Assembly (NCBI GenBank): GCA_030592845.1
Contig: JAUVII010000002.1
Coordinates: 581 to 64,580, forward strand
DNA: 64,000 bases
Direction of reading: 5' to 3'
Source: Candidatus Krumholzibacteriia bacterium
GTDB taxonomy: Bacteria; Krumholzibacteriota; Krumholzibacteriia; LZORAL124-64-63
Each line of letters begins with the position of its first letter. Within the stretch, counting starts at the first letter, position 1. This document shows positions 63,536 to 64,000 of this stretch, one piece after another. Position numbers and translations under genes: made by a program. The notes beneath the pieces were generated by a model that saw only the letters and a program-made list of their open reading frames with translations, had not been told where the DNA came from and did not search any database.

Positions 63536-64000
63536 TCAACCCTCGGTCTTTTTTTCGGCTGCGTCCTTCAACTTGTCGTTGGCCATGATGGCGATTTCGA
63601 CCCGTCGGTTCTCTGCCCTGCCATCAGCGGTCTCGTTATCCCCAATGGGCTGGACCTCGCCGTATCCCATGATGGTGAACCTGGGCACCTGAACGGCCGC
63701 GCCTTCCAGGATCGTAGCCACGGACTGGGCCCGGTTGCGGGACAGGGTGAGGTTGTAATCTTCGGAACCCGTGGCATCGGTGTGGCCCTCGATGAGGATG
63801 TCGGTATCCTCGTATTTGTTGAGGACTTCCGCCAGCTTGATCAGGTTGGCCCGGCCCTTGTGCTGGACCGAAGCGCTGGAGACATCGAACAGGATCCCCG
63901 AATCAAAAGTGATCTTGATGCCTTCGCCGACCCTTTCCACGGTGGCGCCTTCGAGATCACGCTCGATCTCGGCGGCCTGGTCGTCCATGTAATCGCCGAT
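63536..64000 (-). CDS. OmpA-family C-terminal domain protein, 5' end beyond the window
   Basis: [12 protein letters not shown]...[26 protein letters not shown]...NRRVEI is the OmpA_C pattern. The frame stays open to position 64000. Confidence 0.8.
   Translation of the reverse strand: MGDYMDDQAAEIERDLEGATVERVGEGIKITFDSGILFDVSSASVQHKGRANLIKLAEVLNKYEDTDILIEGHTDATGSEDYNLTLSRNRAQSVATILEGAAVQVPRFTIMGYGEVQPIGDNETADGRAENRRVEIAIMANDKLKDAAEKKTEG

Noticed and set aside
1-64000. CRISPR arrays, tRNA/rRNA genes, transposases, integrases, prophage or classical defence-system genes
   Set aside because: I saw no spaced direct-repeat arrays, no tRNA-like cloverleaf candidates in the spacers, and no recombinase or defence signatures. 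The only Sir2 protein has the full canonical sirtuin zinc ribbon and looks like housekeeping CobB.

Overview
GC-rich (roughly 60% by eye), densely coding chromosomal window with about 50 protein genes. I found no rRNA, tRNA, CRISPR array, transposase or integrase. The source looks like an uncultivated Gram-negative bacterium that uses T9SS/FlgD-type C-terminal sorting domains. Long antisense ORFs in the six-frame track are GC artefacts. Recognisable content, left to right: thyX (5' truncated); a frame-broken ARPP-1/DUF6569 gene; an ArsC-fold gene; an EEP lipoprotein; a malQ-MFS operon; a decayed GT-C glycosyltransferase; a truncated amgK copy; a 1043-aa T9SS cargo protein; a Ser/Thr kinase with TPR repeats; a long minus-strand operon (TPR, GT9, GT4, small protein, NamZ, fused MurU-AmgK); an MqnD-family gene; a five-gene envelope/lipid-like operon (alpha/beta hydrolase, two SDR epimerases, PAP2, CPBP); two tandem POT peptide transporters; HDOD; a sirtuin; a permease-HMA / MFS / methyltransferase / OMP cluster; a surface-protein cluster with a PAS-LuxR regulator; DUF819; a GT-C/SGNH pair; gpx; nrdJ; and a methylcrotonyl-CoA carboxylase / leucine-catabolism operon. 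Most notable observations: (1) an in-frame UGA exactly at the catalytic-Cys position of the ArsC-fold protein, with a SECIS-like hairpin, which suggests a selenoprotein missed by the ORF track; (2) a diverged direct duplication of the 3' half of murU-amgK that brackets a two-gene cassette; (3) two near-identical 20-bp palindromes 32 bp apart in a 740-bp low-GC spacer, next to a 128-nt near-perfect hairpin that overlaps a stop codon; (4) a G11 tract inside the T9SS cargo gene; (5) three frame-disrupted genes within the first 9 kb; (6) NrdR-box-like palindromes upstream of nrdJ. I did not recognise a clear-cut defence island or mobile element.
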